From Macrostomum hystrix (Eukaryota > Animalia > Platyhelminthes): a stretch of 64,000 nucleotides of DNA. The DNA is taken from positions 1,922,001 to 1,986,000 of the forward strand of contig CATNEN010000010.1 in NCBI GenBank assembly GCA_950097015.1. The letters are read 5' to 3'. Under the pieces are notes generated by a model. That model was not told where the DNA came from. It ran no database searches and saw nothing but the letters and a program-made list of their open reading frames with translations. Below are positions 59,233 through 64,000 of this stretch, piece by piece (positions within the stretch are counted from its first letter, which is position 1; every line of letters starts with the position of its first letter). Position numbers and translations under genes: made by a program.

Positions 59233-59576
59233 GAACCGCAGCTAGAATCGCAGTAAAAAGCCAGGCTAATTTAACCGTCTAGTTATTACTAGCTATTTTC
59301 TTACTTAGCTAATGTAAATGAAATGTGCGAATACAGACAAGAGTGTTTCGCACCATTAGGTCAGAAAATTCAGACTATTCAATTGCGCATCTGAGTCCAT
59401 TTGCTATTTAGCTGTAGTCTGAAAGTTTTCTTTGCTGATAATAGAAAAATTTCGCATTTAGACTTGAAAAAAGTGCGCAAATGTTTTTTTTATTTTTGCA
59501 GTAACAGTTGGTTTGTCTCGCTTTCGAGGTCTGAAATAATGTTTTGCTGCTTTGGGCCAGTAACGTTTGTGCTTCT

Positions 59577-59613
<37 letters not shown>

Positions 59614-60363
59614 CATGGAATACGGCGGGAGTTCGGTCCTCCTGTGGTCACGAGTTGCAAAAGAAAGAAATAAGAGAGACAGACAGAGCTGCGGAGAAAA
59701 TCAAGACTCAAAAAGCAGAAGCAGAAACAAGGAAAGACTCGCAAGCTACAATTTCGCCCTGCGGGAAGGGCTGGGGAAAACTTTGCCGAGGGAAAAGATG
59801 GGCAGGCCATAGAGAGAGGACATGGATCGATTGAGGCTTGCCGCTGCAGCTGCCGCCCCCCAAAGCTGCTCGCTGGTTCTCGCGCACGCAAGCCACACAG
59901 ACTGAGACTCAGAGAGGGGAGTGGAGCTGCAACTGTGAGGCCGGATTCTATTTTGGTATCCGGTTCGTAGCAATTCTCAGACCGTAGAGGGCTACAGATA
60001 CACTACTTATCGATGCATTAATATCAGCTTGGAAATGTAACACTGAAGCACTTCCCAGTGTCTTTAATGAAAGCTGCTTTTTTGTTTCTGATGTCAGCTG
60101 AGGTGTCGGAAAAATAGCTTCATTTATTCGCGCTTCTAAAAACAAAGGAAAAATTCGATTAAGGCACAACGATTTTGTTTCGATGTGTAAAAATATAGTT
60201 GCACAATCAATGTGACTGAGGATTTGAACATTTTTGAAGCATTTTTTATAAGTAAGCAGAAATTACAAAAGTAACAAAAGATCAGGCATGAACTCGCACG
60301 TGTTATTTATAAGCTTAAGCCCAAAATTACAGAACAAGGATATCGATACCTGTGTATCCCTTA

Positions 60364-61318
60364 GCTAGTCTAGCAATCCATTCTATTCCTTCTTCCAGTG
60401 GGCTAGTCTAGCAATCCATTATATTCCTTCATCCAGTGGGCTAGTCTAGCAATCCATTCTATTCCTTCATCCAGTGGGCTAGTCTAGCAATCCATTCTAT
60501 TCCTTCATCCAGTGGGCTAGCCTAGCAATCCATTATATTCCTTCATCCAGTGGGCTAGTCCAGCAATCCATTATATTCCTTCATCCAGTGGGCTAGTCTA
60601 GCAATCCATTCTATTCCTTCATCCAGTGGGCTAGTCTAGCAATCCATTCTATTCCTTCATCCAGTGGGCTAGTCTAGCAATCCATTCTATTCCTTCATCC
60701 AGTGGGCTAGTCCAGCAATCCATTCTATTCCTTCATCCAGTGGGCTAGTCTAGCAATCCATTCTATTCCTTCATCCAGTGGGCTAGCCTAGCAATCCATA
60801 ATATTCCTTCATCCAGTGGGCTAGTCTAGCAATCCATTATATTCCTTCATCCAGTGGGCTAGTCTAGCAATCCATTCTATTCCTTCATCCAGTGGGCTAG
60901 TCTAGCAATCCATTCTATTCCTTCATCCAGTGGGCTAGTCTAGCAATCCATTCTATTCCTTCATCCAGTGGGCTAGTCTAGCAATCCATTCTATTCCTTC
61001 ATCCAGTGGGCTAGTCTAGCAATCCATTATATTCCTTCATCCAGTGGGCTAGTCTAGCAATCCATTCTATTCCTTCATCCAGTGGGCTAGTCTAGCAATC
61101 CATTCTATTCCTTCATCCAGTGGGCTAGTCTAGCAATCCATTATATTCCTTCATCCAGTGGGCTAGTCTAGCAATCCATTCTATTCCTTCATCCAGTGGG
61201 CTAGTCTAGCAATCCATTATATTCCTTCATCCAGTGGGCTAGTCTAGCAATCCATTATATTCCTTCATCCAGTCAGTGGGCTAGTCTAGCAATCCATTAT
61301 ATTCCTTCATCCAGTGGG
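60364..61318. repeat. 38-bp minisatellite (GCTAGTCTAGCAATCCATTMTATTCCTTCATCCAGTGG), about 25 copies, just downstream of the calpain stop
   Basis: Direct reading; period 38. Confidence 0.97.
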
Positions 61319-61437
61319 CAAATGATAAGAGCCAGTAAACAGTCAAGCAAGTGTGCTTTATGCAAAGAATTTCTTAGAATTGTCGTCGTCCAATAAGTTA
61401 ATTTTCAATCTCCGGGTTGGAAGGCTCGGCGGCCAGC

Positions 61438-64000
61438 TCAGACCACCTCCCAGTCGTCCAGTGTGCACAGCGAGCAGCGCAACGAGACGCCGCTGATTGG
61501 TCGGCCGTCCCAGCCAATCAGAGTCGTTTCGTGTCCAGTCGGAGTGGCCGACTCGCCAATGCTGATGTGGCCTACTGGCGACTTTGTGAAAGATCCCACG
61601 GAGCTATGGTACACCTGCGGATGTGCGTAGGTAGACTTGAAAATATTTTTATGCTTTCAAAAACACTTTTTAAGCCTTTAGGACGAATTTCCCTCAAGCA
61701 AAATGGCCAGCCAAAAATCAGATTGCAAGTGAAGCAAAGCAGGAACAGGAAGCGCAGCACACCACCTGTGTGACAGTGTGACTCTGAAGGTTGAGGCATT
61801 CGACTAAGGAATTCCTGGCAGAATGGGAGCTAATTTGCCTGCTGCTAAAACGCAATTCTTGTCGTCTTCCTTTTTTTAAAAGGAGGAAAAACACCGAAGG
61901 GAAAAATTGAAGAACGGCGAAAAATTCCCATCCCACGTCGCCAGAAGCGGGAGAATGCAGGGAAGAAAGCTCGCGTTGGAGCCCGCAACAACACAGCGGA
62001 GATCCCGCTGCGGCCTCTGCCCTGACTGGGGGCAGCCGTGTGACCCGTCAGCTGCCAGAGAGAGTGGGGCAGAGGGAGAAAAGGGAGAAATAAAATCAAT
62101 GAAAAATGCAGCGCTCAGCCAGGCAGAGGAATGGGGCAGACTGGAAGACGAGGAGCGGCCCCAGAAATTTCTCCCCGGCGGTTTTGGAGGCTTGAAGCGG
62201 ACTGCTTGGAAGGGTCCTCAAGCGGAGACGGCCGTCTCTCTCAATGCTCGGGCAGTTTGTGAATTAGGCAAATCAAGTGGTCGGATTGGCGCTGCCTGTT
62301 ACTGCCCCGGCCCTCCTAATTACAAGCCAGCGCTGCCGGCCTAGGGGCTTCCAATTTGATTTTTCTGGGTCGGAGAGCCTGGCCGTGTCGAGATGGAGTG
62401 GGCCGCTCTCTCGCTTTTCTCTCATTCATTCTCTCTGTCTCATTCTCCGCATTCTCTGCAATTTTCTTTACTCTCAAACGGAGGGAGAAGGCGGCGGGCC
62501 GTTTCCGGCTTGTTAGACGCCACGCTTGGCTTCACTGGCTGACGACAGCCCCCCTCCGCACTGACCGGTGCACTTTAAATATACTCCGAGCTGCCATCGA
62601 TTGACTACTCAAAGAGTAGTATTATCTCAGGTCTTTAATTTCTTAATCAAGATGGGTGCTCATAAATTTACACCATGCACATTCAACCCATCGCTTCTCT
62701 CAACCCTCCCCCAGTGTGTACATTCAGCCCACCTCTTACAACCCTCCCCCCAGTGTGTACATTCAGCCCACCTCTTTCAACCCTCCCCCAGTGTGTACAT
62801 TCAGCCCACCTCTTACAACCCTCCCCCCAGTGTGTACATTCAGCCCACCTCTTACAACCCTCCCCCCAGTGTGTACATTCAGCCCACCTCTTACAACCCT
62901 CCCCCCAGTGTGTACATTCAGCCCACCTCTTACAACCCTCCCCCCAGTGTGTACATTCAGCCCACCTCTTTCAACCCTCCCACAGTGTGTACATTCAGCC
63001 CACCACCTCTTACAACCCTCCCCCAGTGTGTACATTCAGCCCACCACCTCTTACAACCCTCCCCCAGTGTGTACATTCAGCCCACCTCTTTCAACCCTCC
63101 CCAAGTGTGTACATTCAGCCCACCTCTTTCAACCATCCCCAAGTGTGTACATTCAGCCCACCTCTTTCAACCCTCCCCAAGTGTGTACATTCAGCCCACC
63201 TCTTTCAACCCTCCCCAAGTGTGTACATTCAGCCCAGGGTAAATTTAAATCTTCTGAACCCCCAAGTGTACACTTTAGCCATTTGATTTGGAGGTGAAAA
63301 TCCTACTCACATCGATCTGTACCGGCTCGCCCAGTTTGTACCGGTGAATGAGCAGTCTCAGGTCGGTCTCAAACGTATCGCCCGACTGTGGCTCGGCGTA
63401 ATAATACCGACTGTACCAATCCGTCACGCTGGAGTTCTGGCAGGCCACGCGGAGCTTCACCTTCACGTCGGCGGGCTTGCGGCTAAGCGAGGCGGCCAGG
63501 CCGGTGAGCCGCTGCACGACTAGGCGGGACACCGAGATCTTGCGCTTCGGAGTCAGACAGCTGACTGTACCCGAATCGGTAGCTGTGAATGGCCTGGTGG
63601 CAGGGGATTAGCAGCAGCAGTAGTAACAGTACAGTAAGAGGACACACCACCCCAATATTTACCCGAGCTGATGCTCACACTCATTTTACAACCAGCAAAT
63701 GAACTGTCTTGCTGGAGGACACGAGTGGCATCCTTGGCTGTGACTCGAACTCCCGACCTCAGGGTCAGAAGTAAAATACTCTAACTAACCACTGAATTAC
63801 AAGCTCTCTTGTAGAATCAATACTACTTATAGTAGCAGTGCAGTATTACTCTGAGCTCAGACTCACCTGAGCTCAAATCCCATCACGCTGAAGGCCCTCA
63901 GAGTGAAGCTGACGTCGCCATTGTCGCCGAATAGCGGTAGCAGCACGTAGCACCCGGGTGGCAGGCTGGCTCCCATGGTGATCGCGGCTCGCCGCTCAGG
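61438..64000 (-). CDS. CAPN5: Calpain-5/TRA-3-like protease, 3' exons (end of domain III plus C-terminal C2 domain); gene starts beyond the window end
   Basis: Exons >64000-63867 (LPPGCYVLLP...GDVSFTLRAFS, domain III), 63593-63311 (KVKLRVACQ...LLIHRYKLGEPVQID) and 61614-61438 (VYHSSVG...GHISI...CTLDDWEVV*) are phase-consistent. The C2 tail resembles CAPN5 YRKKLSQPITVQVW; orthology is not proven. Confidence 0.75.
62700..63237. repeat. 39-bp minisatellite (CCCCAGTGTGTACATTCAGCCCACCTCTTWCAACCCTCC) in a calpain intron
   Basis: Direct reading; source of ORFs 62568-63297. Confidence 0.95.
63690..63805 (-). mobile_element. Decayed tRNA-SINE head in a calpain intron
   Basis: The reverse complement contains GTGGTTAG...GGTCGGGAGTTCGAGTCAC followed by GTGTCCTCCAGCAAGACA. 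Confidence 0.65.

Noticed and set aside
59400-59980. Candidate first coding exon of the arrestin (MSSLYGLPIFSL)
   Set aside because: It would need a weak GC donor (CTCG|GCAAAG); not supportable without transcripts.

Overview
Eukaryotic, intron-containing, repeat-rich invertebrate DNA. The style suggests a free-living flatworm such as Macrostomum, but that is inference and no taxonomic marker is present. Genes rebuilt by hand from splice sites and frame: the 5' part of a soluble guanylate cyclase H-NOX subunit (-), ETFBKMT/METTL20 (-), MRPS18C (+), three tandem CRAL-TRIO lipid-binding paralogs (-, identical 6-exon structure), two tandem copies of a secreted ADAMTS-like M12B metalloprotease with a C-terminal ShKT-like domain (+), an alpha-arrestin (-) plus a 5'-truncated duplicate, and the 3' end of a calpain-5-like gene (-). 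A direct segmental duplication (31671-36931 vs 46568-53703) is separated by a satellite block. Mobile DNA includes a Gypsy gag-protease relic with an intact PBS, Bel/Pao and DUF4806 fragments, a decayed RTE LINE, an internally deleted P/THAP element, hAT and Tc1-type MITEs and two tRNA-SINE families. Roughly 11 kb is minisatellite. The most unusual observations are: an ETFBKMT ORF with no available Met but an in-phase splice acceptor (candidate spliced-leader-donated AUG); two different SINEs at the same site in the two duplicates; a hairpin minisatellite whose loop flips orientation mid-array; mosaic homogenisation among the CRAL-TRIO paralogs; and amino-acid-biased divergence of the protease-ShKT twins.
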